A DNA stretch of 64,000 nucleotides from Sphaerodactylus townsendi (lineage: Eukaryota): assembly GCF_021028975.2 (NCBI RefSeq), contig NC_059427.1:108128001-108192000 (forward strand). Direction: 5' to 3'. The position numbers and the translations under genes are program-made. Shown one piece after another: positions 23,201-34,975 of this stretch (its first letter is position 1; every line of letters starts with the position of its first letter). Under the pieces are notes generated by a model. The model saw nothing but the letters and a program-made list of their open reading frames with translations. It was not told the DNA's origin and did not search any database.

Positions 23201-26200
23201 GTCCAGTGAGTCCAGCAAGCCGTATGATTTATGCCCAACATGGTTTTGAAGGGGAAGTGCTGTAAGGATCCCATTCTTTGTCTTCAGTCTAATAGTTCAC
23301 TGCTTTTGTATTTGGGATGGAAGGGAAAATGCCTACAGTGAAATAGGCAAACAGAAGGAACAGCTGGCAACCAGGTGTGGGCTGGCTTTCTCTCTCTCTC
23401 TCCCTGATGCAATTGCTAAGAAGTGAGTCTGTATCTGGGATCCTTGACAGAGAAAGGAGGAAATACTGCCAGGTTTCCGACTGCTAGCTTCCTGCATCCA
23501 AATCCACAGCGGTGTTTGGGATATGGGGGGAAAAACATTGCAAGAAAATGAATTTGGAGTATACCCTGAAGGCAGCTAGGAAGTAGGCAAACTAAACACA
23601 GGCTGCAGTAGTCAGTCTTCACAGTATGTGCCAGTGGTTTTGGGTGGGACCACCTGTTACTTCACAAGATGATCCTCGTCACCTCTCCTTCCAGCACTCT
23701 TACCAATAATCCAGGCTTCTCTCAACTGGGCTGTTGTCCCAGGCTGACTAGCAGTGTGGCCAGGCAAGACTGTGAATATCTTACTGATGTTAGGAGCAAG
23801 AACAGTCTGCATAGTATCTTGGCACCTCCCTTAAGCCAGCACCCATGAGAACGTGGCATGCGCACTTAGTGTGGGAAGAAAAAAATTGAATTTCAGGAAA
23901 AGAGATGGTCTCTGTAGTCTAGAGGCCACAAGGGCTAGGGAGGCTCAGCCCAATCAATGAACTTTCTTACAGTAGGAATACAATCCGTGGGAACTAGAAA
24001 GAACTTAATAAGGAATTGTGTCTGGGCAAGGGGAACTATAAAGCCCTTTCACCTCACCTTGTATATCTGGCTTCCTCTCAAAGGATTCGAGTCACTCCCG
24101 TAGTTCCCAGCAGGCAATATGTTCTAGCAAAGCAGGTTTCTTTTACTGTGTGCGCTGAAAAGTTTATATGGATTATGAAGAGGAGGAACCTTGCCTTCCA
24201 CATTTTTCCCTTTTTCCCCTACCCAATAGTGACTCCAGGGAAGGAAAGGAAAGTTGCTTAAGGAGAGAACCCCAGTTTCCTTTACATAGGAGACTGGCTC
24301 AAAAAGATGAATTGTTGTCTCACGAGCCTGAAAAGCAGAACCAAAAGGGAGGAGTAACCATGTTTGCACCCAAGTTTCCCACTTCTTACAGTGAGCTCAC
24401 CCAGACTTGGGGGTGTAATTCCAGTTCACAGGACATAAATTGTAAATTCCAAGGGTCAGTTTTTAGTCAGTTCCAAGTCAAGTGTGATGGCTTTCCTTAG
24501 AAGTTCTACATGAGGTTATATAAGAAGGCTAGCTTTGGTTTTATGAGTACAGGATATGGAATATCAACCTTTCCATTTTGTGACAAAAATGGAAATCACA
24601 GCACTCATTTTGTTTCCTGTGAAAATGCAATGGTTAAAATGGTTAGAAATATCTAAAGGGTGGTGGAAAGGCTGCAGTGGTCAACAATCAGTGCACAAGC
24701 ATAATCGTGGTCCAAGAAATGACGGAATATGGGAAAGGGAGAATGACTGTTTATGGACTTTTCCCGGTTGGGGCAGGTTTTTTCATTCAGAGATTATTTT
24801 ACTATATACATAAACTCTTATTATGCATGCTGTAGTGCGTGTAGCAGGATTGAAGAAGGGATTGTTTACTTGCTACAGGGAATTTTTGGCTTTGAAATAA
24901 CCGGGAGGTCCTGTTTTCCTTTTTGTTGAATGGTTAGAGGCAGAGAACCCAAGGTTGAAAGAAGTCATGTGACATGAAGTCTGTGCTCCTGAAAGTATCC
25001 TGAGTCTCCATGGATTTTGTTTCCTTCTTTACTAATGAGTGAGGAGGAGGTGGTGGTGGGGAGCTTTAGGAGTTCTGGCTTCTAGAATAACCTGCTCTAG
25101 CTGTTAGTGGATACAGCCTGTCTGCAAAGCAGTTTCCCATGGGTGCTAATTATCCTGAGGTGTGGCCCATAATTGGCCAGGTTGGAGCACTTTAATGAGG
25201 TTGTCTGGCTGTTCCCAGCCCAGGATAATAGTCAATAGTGATTGCACACACTATGGGGTGTAGTAATCGTGGGATTCCAGCCTGCCCAAGCAATGTGGCA
25301 GGGAATGAGGTAGCTGCTGAAGGACTGACGCCGAAAGAGAACCTGGGCTAACGGAAGCTGGGCAGAGCAGAATCACCCTGAGAACAAAAAAAGTAAACTT
25401 GGTCAGCTGATTTTATGCTTTTCACCTAAAATTCCAGTAAGGCTGTCTGCTGTCTGTCTTGCCATTTTTGTAACCTGGGAAAATTCCTTTTCAGAACTGT
25501 GTATACAGCCTTGAAGTCCAGAAACAAGTTGGTTGCTACTTGGTTATACCGACAAAAGTGTGTCTGTGTCTAGATGTGAATGGCAAGGCTTGTGGCTGCT
25601 AGTAACAGCCTTGCATGCCTTTCTGGTATATTTTATCCAGAGATAACCAAGTTACTATTGCTTTTGTTGTTGCAGTGTTTTTTAGCCCAATCCAACACAT
25701 GTTCACTCAGAAAACTCATTCTAATAGGGCTTGCTCCCTAGTAAGCATGATTAGGATTGCTGCTTTGATAATGGAATAAGTCACACAAGCATCAAGGAAC
25801 TACGGAGTGTGGGAGCTACTTTTCTTTCTGCTTCACACAGAACTGAAGAGAAATGCAGTGAAACCCAAAGGGTGAAAATGAAGGTTTCAAGGCACTTAGA
25901 AATATTTTGTTACCCAGTAGAACTAAATGCAGTTTGGGGGTGGGGGTGGGGGTGGAGAGCTGTGGTAGCTAGGCCAAGACTCCCATCTGATTAAGGATGC
26001 AAACGTAGTTCTATAGTGCTTCCCCTCCCCCCTTCTTTCCCTCACCTGAGAGAACACAGGAACTTCAGCAGTTGCCGGATACAGCCTGGCTCATAGTAAG
26101 GCAGAACTGGCCATCCGCTTTGGTATCCTGTCTCCAAGGGAAGGTGATGCACAGGAAACCAACCTCACTGCATTTGGTGTGTGAGGCCTTCCTTGCTTTG

Positions 26201-29200
26201 CAACCCCCATATCCTGACAGATTTTTCCCCCTGCCCTTTAGCCTGTGCTTTGTGGGGGAGTGTGTGTGTGGAGGGAGTTCAGATTCCTGGTAAAGAATCA
26301 CACAGTGTGAGTGGGAGCCATTAGCTATGCTGTCTTTGTTCTGCTGGAGATGTGCTTGGGGCATTATCAAAGACCCTTCTGTCTATTCACAGGGGGAGTG
26401 TCTTGCAGAGGCAGTGAATGGCGTGACAGGGCCTCTAGGTGCAGTGCAGAATAGTCTGGGTTGGGATTTCCCACAAAGCAACAGGGCAGGAAAACTAAAA
26501 AGAGCCAGGACTCTGAAATTCAAACACATCTTAAATGATATGCCGTCGTGTAATGTTGCAAACAGGACTTTTTAAAAATGTGTGCTTTTTAACCAGTACA
26601 CCTTATGGAAGATCATAAGCTTTGTTGTAGCCATATTATGAAATCTGATGAAGGGAGCTTTAACCGTCAAAAGCTGATTCCTGGAATATCTTTGTTCTGT
26701 TAGATGCTACTGAACTCAAATCTAGCTGTTCTTCTGCAGACCAACACAGCTACCCTCTGAAACTATATTACATAATGGTATTGAATTGTGGATGTAGATC
26801 TATAAGTGTTCTATCCATAACTCAGCTTGAACCAATAAGGATCTGACTCATGCTGAAGCAGATTGTTAGTCCTTTTATTTTTATTTAAATATTTATAACA
26901 TCCATTGTCTCCTCAAAGTCAAGGCATTTAGAAGAAGCAGTTTGGATTTCTAACCCACCTTTATCTCTTGTAAGGAGTCTCAAATTGCCTTCCTGTACTC
27001 TCCTCACAACAGACACCATGTGAGGTAGGTGAGGCTGAGAGAGTTCTGAGAGAACTGTGACTGGCCCAAGGCCCAAGCAGCCTTCACAAGGAGTGGGGAA
27101 ATCAATCCATTTCACCAGATAAGAGTCCACTGCTCCTAACCACTACGCCATGCTGGCTGCACACCACATTTAGTGCAGAATTTTTTTCCTCTGACTTGCA
27201 TCATGTCTCCAAGCTATCGGACAGAAGCCTTTCCTAGCCCTTCTACCCAAAGTCTTACATGCAGAGCAAATCCTCAGCCATAGGACCTTTGTGGTCCTCA
27301 TCTTACGTAATGCTGCGTGTGTGTGTGTGGGGGGAGATAAAGATATAAAACCATTCATTTTTTAAAGTATCACCCTCAAAACCTAATTTATGATAGTCTT
27401 ATTTATATTTCACAAGCTCAGAATGCCTTTTGTCTAGTTAAGAAGAGGATTTTCAAAGCAACAAAGGACACCGGTGAGACACTCGCAAGCACTGTATGAA
27501 GAACCTGCATCAAACCACGGCTAGAATGAAATGCCGCACAGCTTGTTGAACAAGGCTTATGAATGCTCAAGAACAAGTCAGATCCTTGACCCTGAGCAAA
27601 GGAGTTTATCCTCACCCTTCCCTTGTTAATGCTTGTAAGGATAACTCTTGGGGTTCTAGTTATTTTGTCCCAGGATGTATGATAAGCACAGAAATAAGCA
27701 ATATCATTTCTTGGTTCTACTTACTTTAGTAAACAGGGATTCAGGCGTTTAAGTTGCACCAAACTCTTGTTGTATGCTAATTCAGACTATATAGTTATCT
27801 AAACTAGAAATTTGTTCACTGTCTCCCACCCTTCCCCCACTTTTAGGTAGCAATTTAACATGCAGGTAAGAGAAACCTGCCCAGACATACCTTCCTTCAT
27901 CTGCATTTTTTAAAAAAAGACTCTTGAGTGTTCAGTGTATCTTCATAATTTGATCTGAGATTTGTCAGGAAAGAAGGTGTTTCAGGCTGTTTCATTGCTT
28001 TAAAAAACAGGAATGTTTCACTGTTTTTTCCTGCTTAAAAAACAAAAAGCTTCCAAAAGACTCTCAGCTCTCTCCCCACCCCGTTTTAGATGTGAAGAAA
28101 TTATGGGTGGATTCAGTCCTCATTGCGTAGATTTATAAATAATTCGCACAGATAACAGTCTCATCTCAAAGTATAGCATTTTACAAAAGCTCTGCTCAAG
28201 ACCTAAGTGCCCTAACAGGGAAAAGGTACAGTTCATGTCTCTGCCTAACTTTTACACAATCTCATGTTTAATTCAGTCACAAAGGTTGTTTGTGGGAGGC
28301 AGAACTGGAATTTAATTTTTTGAGGTGGTTGTGGGGAAGATATGTAAGAGACCACCTGCAAAGCCCTGCCCTAGCTTAAAAAAGTATCTTGCCCTAACTT
28401 GTCCAAAAGGGAGAGTTTTCTTCCCTTTGTAAATTCACAGCAGTCATGCACATGAGAGAATGTAGGGTCTTCCAAGAATTCCTCTGACTGAAAACAGCAG
28501 TAAAGGTCTACAGGTATAAGGGTGTGGAATCTTTGATCCTATCTAGCCATTCCTAGTTCTTTTCATCACTCCTGCTGTATCTTACAAGAAGGAAAAATGT
28601 ACATCCAGCAGCAGCGGAAGACCCCAAAGAGCAACAGCATCATGTTCTTCTATTTGTACTGAATGCTCAGCTCTTGTAGATAAGTAGGTCAGGCTCTTTG
28701 CAGCATAACCATTCTGGTGTTTGGTGAATAGTATCAGCGCAACCAAGCTGTGACCAAGAATGACTTTCCAGCTGACTCATTGATAGGGGTGGAGTAGGTT
28801 TTGTGTGGGAAGAAATAGGGTTGGGCTGAATCTGCTGCCTAGTTCTCACTTAGTGGGAAAGTTAGATCTTGGCTATAAGGGCAGCCAATCCAGATTTTTT
28901 TTTTGGGGGGGGGGGGTGGCCATACAGAGTTTCAGAGGGCCACACTGATGTGTTTGCTCCCTTCACCAACATGAGGGGGCACACCTGCTGGCTGAGGGGG
29001 CAGAGGTGCCAGCAGCCAGCCATCCCCCAGCCCCACAGCAATGAAGCCCCGGGTGTTCCCAGTGGTTCCAGCACAGAAATGTCAGCCCCCTAACCTTTGG
29101 ACTTAGGCTGCAGGAAGGAGCCCTGTGTCATAAAGGCAAATGATAGCTGACTTGTGAAAGAACTGTAGAAATAAGAGGCTTTCTTTGCTTTATCTTTGTC

Positions 29201-31392
29201 ATTACAATCCTTAAAGAACACTTGTAGCATGGTCATGGTTTATTTTGTTCCAGCTGTTCAGCAATTTTATCCAAAGTAATTCAAAACAATTCAGACAAGC
29301 TTCCGATTCTATCATCTTTCAATAGCCTTTATCACCTTGGACCGTATAAGCTTCTCAGCAGTCTTAAGATCTGCTACAAGAGCTCCCGGGCTCTATGAAA
29401 CACTCAAAATGGCACTGGTTGCTCAACCACAGGGGCAATTCAGGAGTGATTTGAGTTTCCCTCCCTTCTGCACTTTTGGAGGTGCTGTGGTGCTGCCTTC
29501 ACCACACCACCTCCGGCAGTTGCAGCACTTCCTCCCCTCCCCCAAAGTGGAGTGCACTGTTAGGTTTGAACAAATTTCCATACGACGTTAAAAAAAATCC
29601 TTCACATGAAAACTGAATGACATAGAGCAAGCTAGGTTTGAAACCCTCTCTGCAACATTTAAAATAATTCCTATGAGCCTCTACCTGCAATGTGATGTGC
29701 TCAGAAACAAGTTTACCACTTTGGGGGGGAAACTAGGCCAGATGTCCATCTCTATTAACTGTGATGTTAATCACAAACTTTGCAGGAAAAACAAAACCTT
29801 AGGTTGTCTGTTATGCCTTCTATAGAAACCTCAAGCACTTCATACAAGCTGAAGAACTAATTTCATAAAAATCAGCTAAGGAGGAAGTAACTAGATTGAG
29901 AAGGGAAAATTACCAGCCTTCAAAGTGGCTGCAGCTCCAGTTACAAGTGAATTCCTGAGCCTTGAATCACAGAAGAGTTCTTTTAGTCCTTGGGGCCCAT
30001 TCACCATCAATTTCAATCCCCCCCCCCCCCCAGCTGTCTCACAGAACATCTACTGAAAACTAGAATGACAAAACAGTCTAAGGGGCTACAAGGCAAAATT
30101 TATTGTGGCACATGCTTTCCTTTCTACTTTTGTCAGATGCACGAACCAAAACTAATCCTTGGTGCATCAGCTATTTAAAGCTAGTAAGAAGTTAAACGTT
30201 AGTCTTCTCCCCAAAACTTAAATCTTACAGTTAGTTAATTATTAGAGACTCCCTTGCATTTGTTAAGACTACTGATTTGGAAAAATAATAACCACCTCTG
30301 CTCTTCAGTAATATGCAGAATTCCCTAAACAATAAATCTTTCATAACAATCCTGAGAACATTTTGAATTGACAAAAATCATGCTAGATTATAATCAAAAG
30401 GGTTGTTCTGTTGGCCAGCAATTAAATTAAGCCGGATCTCATACAAGTAGAATGTATGCGTCCTTTCATGTAAAAAATTCTATTGAGGGGACCTGCATAA
30501 TCTATGAAGATGTGTGGTAGTGCCCAGTCCATGTGGGATCCAATCTTTGACAAACGGTATTGTGCCAACAAACCCGTATTATTCCACAGCATGATCCAAG
30601 AACTGCAGACAAGCAGAAGATGCTCCCTTAGGAGATTACCTTTGAGACACTACAGCTGCTAATGTTTTGCAAAGCACTCATATCCAAGCTCCTGCCTGCC
30701 AGTACTGTCCAGCTGGCTAGTGGCCCATGTTTATGGAAATGCTATTTTAGTTCATCATAAACAAGTTTACAAGCTCTGTTACTGCAGTTCTAAATATAAG
30801 CTGCCTATGCTCTCACACCCATCCTGAAGCCACATTGTTATGCAACTCAGTAGGCTGACCCAAGCTGACGGCTAAGGGCCTGAAAGCCAAACAGGAACAG
30901 ATACCTGGCCCAAGCAAGGCAACTCTTGCTCATCCTTGCCTTCATCCACTCACAGGACAAGGAACATGATTTAGTTCTGGCTGCACAAGGAGTCTAGTGC
31001 ACTAATCAATCATATAGGCCTTATGAGCTTATTTTTAAGAGAACAACAGAGTTATTTTTTTTTTTATTTTTATATACCGCACTCCCCCCGAGGGCTCAGG
31101 GTGGTTACGGGAGAGATGGGAGTTAAATTTTGATTTGTATCTAATCTGCTGTCTAGATATTAGAATTCTGGCCCTTCAATGATGCTGTCATCTTCTGTCA
31201 TCAACTTGCAGTTTCTTGCTTTGGTTCTTTTTTTCCTTCTGCACATCAACAATTATTAATATGTGAGGTATAGGTGGTGGGGCACACTGTTTGAACATTC
31301 ACACACACCAAGGGTGATAACCCTTAATACACACAATTTAAAATATCATCAAGAACTAAGCACCACAGGAGTTTTTAAAAAATCAGATGGTC

Positions 31393-31398
31393 TTTATT
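31393..31398 (-). terminator. IER2 poly(A) signal (3' UTR ~1.7 kb)
   Basis: TTTATT on plus = AATAAA on minus, at the end of a U-rich UTR-like segment downstream of the IER2 stop. Confidence 0.65.
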
Positions 31399-33055
31399 TC
31401 AGTGACCAAAACTATTAACACCATGAGGGTGAAAACCAGAACCAAAGAAGCCTGTATTTTCCCCATTTCAAGCAACAGAAGATAAACATAAGTTACAAAA
31501 CTTTGAAAACATACAAGTCGCATTACACAGTACCTTGACAGTCACCAATCTTGCCAGTTTTGAAACAAAAACAGCATTAAACACACTTGTGAAGTATTTA
31601 TATTAAACTCACATGGAACAATAAGCAGCATTTCACAATAGACCAGGTCAAAAAAATACTGCATGAGCAAAGAGAGAAAAAGTATCTTGGAATTTCACAG
31701 AATGATCACTTTTAAAAATGAAAAAAAAAAAGTATAAATAACAGCAGTCTCAGTCTCTCTGAATGAGAAATGTCCAATCTGGAAATGTCATGAGAAAAGT
31801 TTTGTGGAGGTAAAAATGGTATTGCCCACCACTGTTCAATGTATATCTGGACAGCTTCAGGCATCAAGGAAAGCTGCCAGTATGCCTTTAATGTATGTAC
31901 TTTAATCCCCCCACCCCACACACATACAGTTGAGTCACTCAGGGTTCTACCCACACCTTTAAACACACACAAAGCTAAGGCAGCATAAGTAGGAAATCCC
32001 CTGCACTCTTGGACCCAATGTAATGCAAATGCTAGTCATATGAGAGATGTGTCATAACTAGTATGACCGGTTGGGTTCCCCCTCCCCCTTCCTGCTCTCC
32101 ACATACACACACACACACACACAGGCAAGACTAATCTGGTTTTGAGATCTTCTCTGGGAAAAGAAACAGGCCACTTCATCATTCTTAATTACTAGGTAAG
32201 AAAAAAAGGGAAGGCCCTGAGGAAAAGAATACTGGGCAGATCTCTCTCTCCCCCCACACCAGGAAGGAGCGGGACTGACAAAAGCTGCTTTTCTTCAACA
32301 GCTCCCAGCAGGACTTTTTAACCCTTCAGAGGAGCTGCCCCAGCTGCCTAAGGGTCTTGAACTCCCCTCCCTTTAATCCCATTCCAAAGGGAAACGGGGG
32401 AAACAAAACAGCCACCCAGAAGAGGCAACAATTTAAAAAAAAGGCAGAATAAGCATGTCATTGACTAGAACCCCCCCCCCCCCAAAAAAAAAAATATTCA
32501 AAAGACACTGTACAGATAGTGGTTGCTTTTTCCACAGGAATCAAGCATCTGAAAGCAGACTGCAAGATCCGACTGGTTTGAAGTCTTTCTTCCTGGAGGT
32601 TCTCCCCCACCTCTCTCAAAGTTATTGCAGTTCCTCCATTAAGCAACACCGACGCTCTCCTTGGCGCGGTCGGGCCCTCGTTTGGCTCACAACAGCTGCG
32701 TCCCGGGCTCGCAGGCCAAGGTGCGGCGTCCTTCTCCGGCAAGCATCGCTCCCCCTCCCGCAGGCTTTTGTCCCGCCTGTTTCCCAGGCCACCAGAGCGT
32801 CTCTTGCCTCACCCCACCGGGAGGAAAAGGCGGAGGGACTCGCTTGTGACCCCCGCCCGCCCCCCCATCCGTCACCAGCCTCCCGCTGCGCGCCTTCCTG
32901 AGCGCCAAGGCCCCGCCACCAAGGAGCCGGGGCTGCTAAGCCGGGTGTGGGAGGCGGTGCTCAGCCCCCCCAGCCGCCAAAGAGGGGCTCCGGCAGGCTC
33001 CGCTTCTCCGGACCGAGAAGTTTCCGCTCCCGCGAGTCCTTGGCAGGGGCGCGCT

Positions 33056-33805
33056 TTAGAAAGCCATCACCGCTCTCACCATGATGCTGAGCACGCCGCC
33101 GTCCCCTCGCCTGCAGCTCGCCTTGGGCTCGTCGCCGCCTTTCGCCGCCTGCGGCGAGAGGATCAAGCCCGAGAAGCGGTCCTGCAAGACTCGAGCCAAG
33201 CTCGGGAAAGGGCCCTCTTGGCGCTGCGGCTGCCGCTCGCCTTCCTCTTCCACCAGCTTCGCCTTCTTGCTGGGCACCAGGCCGGCTTCGGCGGCGCCGA
33301 TCTTGCCCAGGCTGCTGCTGCGGCGCTTGCGACTCGGCTTGGGGGCGCCCCGGCTCCAGCTAGTCCGGGACTGGGCAGGCGCGGGCGAGCAGCCGGGCTC
33401 CTCCTGAGTCTCCATGGGCTCCGGCTCGGCTGCAAGCGAAGCAAGCGGCGGCGGTGTCTCCAAAGACGGCGGGCTGGGAAGCGAAGCCTCCGGCTGTGCC
33501 CGGGGAAGTCTCTCCAGTGCCTGAGGACTGGGGGGTGACGGGGGCCCCTCCAGATGTTGAGGGCTCGACCCCTGTAAGTCCAGGTGCGGTTGCTGCCCTG
33601 CAAACCCCTCTCCCGGGCCGACGCCCACGGCCATCTCGTCCTCTTCCTCCAGCTTGGCGGAGAGGTAGAGGTCCCGGGCATTTCGCATGACGAGGGAGAG
33701 CTGCAGGCTGCGATGGAGCCGGAGGCCGCCGCGCTGCATACGCGAGTGGTACATTTTCCACACCGACATGGTCATGATGCGCTGCGCTTCCTTCTGCACT
33801 TCCAT
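33056..33805 (-). CDS. IER2: Immediate early response 2 (IER2/pip92), intronless CDS, 249 aa
   Basis: N-terminus MEVQKEAQRIMTMSVWKMYHSRMQRGGLRLHRSLQLSLVMRNARDLYLSAK, basic RKRRS and KKAKL motifs, C-terminal VRAVMAF typical of the IER family; adjacent to STX10. Confidence 0.96.
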   Translation of the reverse strand: MEVQKEAQRIMTMSVWKMYHSRMQRGGLRLHRSLQLSLVMRNARDLYLSAKLEEEDEMAVGVGPGEGFAGQQPHLDLQGSSPQHLEGPPSPPSPQALERLPRAQPEASLPSPPSLETPPPLASLAAEPEPMETQEEPGCSPAPAQSRTSWSRGAPKPSRKRRSSSLGKIGAAEAGLVPSKKAKLVEEEGERQPQRQEGPFPSLARVLQDRFSGLILSPQAAKGGDEPKASCRRGDGGVLSIMVRAVMAF

Positions 33806-33949
33806 GCTGGCCTTTAGAGTCTTCGGGGTTACTCAAGAGCGGGCAGGAAACCTTTGTCCTTTCTCCGCGAAGGCGAAAGTCTCACCCCCCCCCCTCCTTT
33901 CTGCGCGCGGTGTTGTTGACTGCACTGGAGCTTCCCTTGCGCCGTCCAC

Positions 33950-34110
33950 CCTCAATGAGTGGGGCCGCGCCCAGCGCGCTCGTTTTTATACGGCTGGTGA
34001 TCTCAGCGCCCGGGCCTCCCCCGCCCCCTCCGCGAGCCGCATCCGGCCCTTTGTCGCGCGCCTCTGGCCGCCCTCCCCGAGGGGGGAAGGGCAGACGGAA
34101 ATGTCAGGCG
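33950..34110 (-). promoter_or_regulatory. IER2 core promoter (TATA box, Inr-like, GC box, ETS)
   Basis: TATAAAAA on minus strand 33990-33983; Inr-like CTCATT ~30 nt downstream; GC box ~34020; CGGAAAT ~34097. Confidence 0.75.
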
Positions 34111-34584
34111 ATGGGGGAGGGGAGGAGGAAAACTGCAAGGTCCGACAGCCGAAAGGGAAGGGGGCCGGCGGCGTCCCCACAAGGGAAAAGAATTGGCTCT
34201 GCTCGCTACTACTGCAGTCCCGATTTGTTTACAGACAGTGCATAGCCAAGGCATCGTATATTAAAAGGAGCACACGACTTGTGGCTGCGGATTCGTCGTA
34301 TCGTTTATTTCAGAGTCGAACTGTTTATTTGGGCGGGATTTTTTTTTCAGTGAAAGGCCTCTCCTGGAAGCACATTTATTGTATTCCGGGCTAGCTTGGC
34401 TACTATGGGGAGCTAGTTGGAGCATGCAAATTACTCCAACTCTGCAGTCACTCCACTAGCTGTTATCGGGCTCAGTGTAAGTTACTGGCTATCACATATC
34501 TTCATGACCTTGGACCCTCATATATCTGCCACAGTCTCTCCCTTTATGCTTCCCCACACAACTTCTCTTATGAGAACAGGGCTT

Positions 34585-34975
34585 TCTGAGGGCACCAACT
34601 TATAAACTGGCAAAAGCCACAAGTGCTGGTGTGCCTTCTTCACTGTGGCCCCCACCTTGTGGAATGGCCTGCATTAAGAGGTCAAGAAAGCTCCCAAAAA
34701 CTGATTCACAAAGTTACTTGGACAAATTATTTGGGATTGCGGTCTACACTACTGTGTATAGTTTGCTGTAAATTGGACCCTACTTTATAATCTTTAATTA
34801 TTTTATGCATCATGTTAACACCTTGATCAAAAAAATTTTAGATTTCTGTTTGGTTCTACAAACAAAATTCAATTTCATTTTTATCAAATGTTGATTGTAC
34901 TCACTCTGTGTAATCCATCTTTTGAGTCCCAGTGAGGAAGGCAGACTATAAATAATGTAAATAAAATAAATAAAT
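34585..34975 (+). mobile_element. L2-like LINE 3' end fragment
   Basis: gccttcttcactgtggcccccaccttgtggaatggcctg (AF..AP.LWN.L motif); ends in a taaataaa tail. Confidence 0.6.

Noticed and set aside
32768-33538. 256-aa plus-strand ORF and other ORFs overlapping IER2
   Set aside because: Antisense or alternative-frame shadows of a very GC-rich CDS; low-complexity Arg/Ala/Pro content and no recognisable domain
33687-34394. 235-aa plus-strand ORF over the IER2 start and promoter
   Set aside because: GC-rich antisense artefact spanning the TATA promoter
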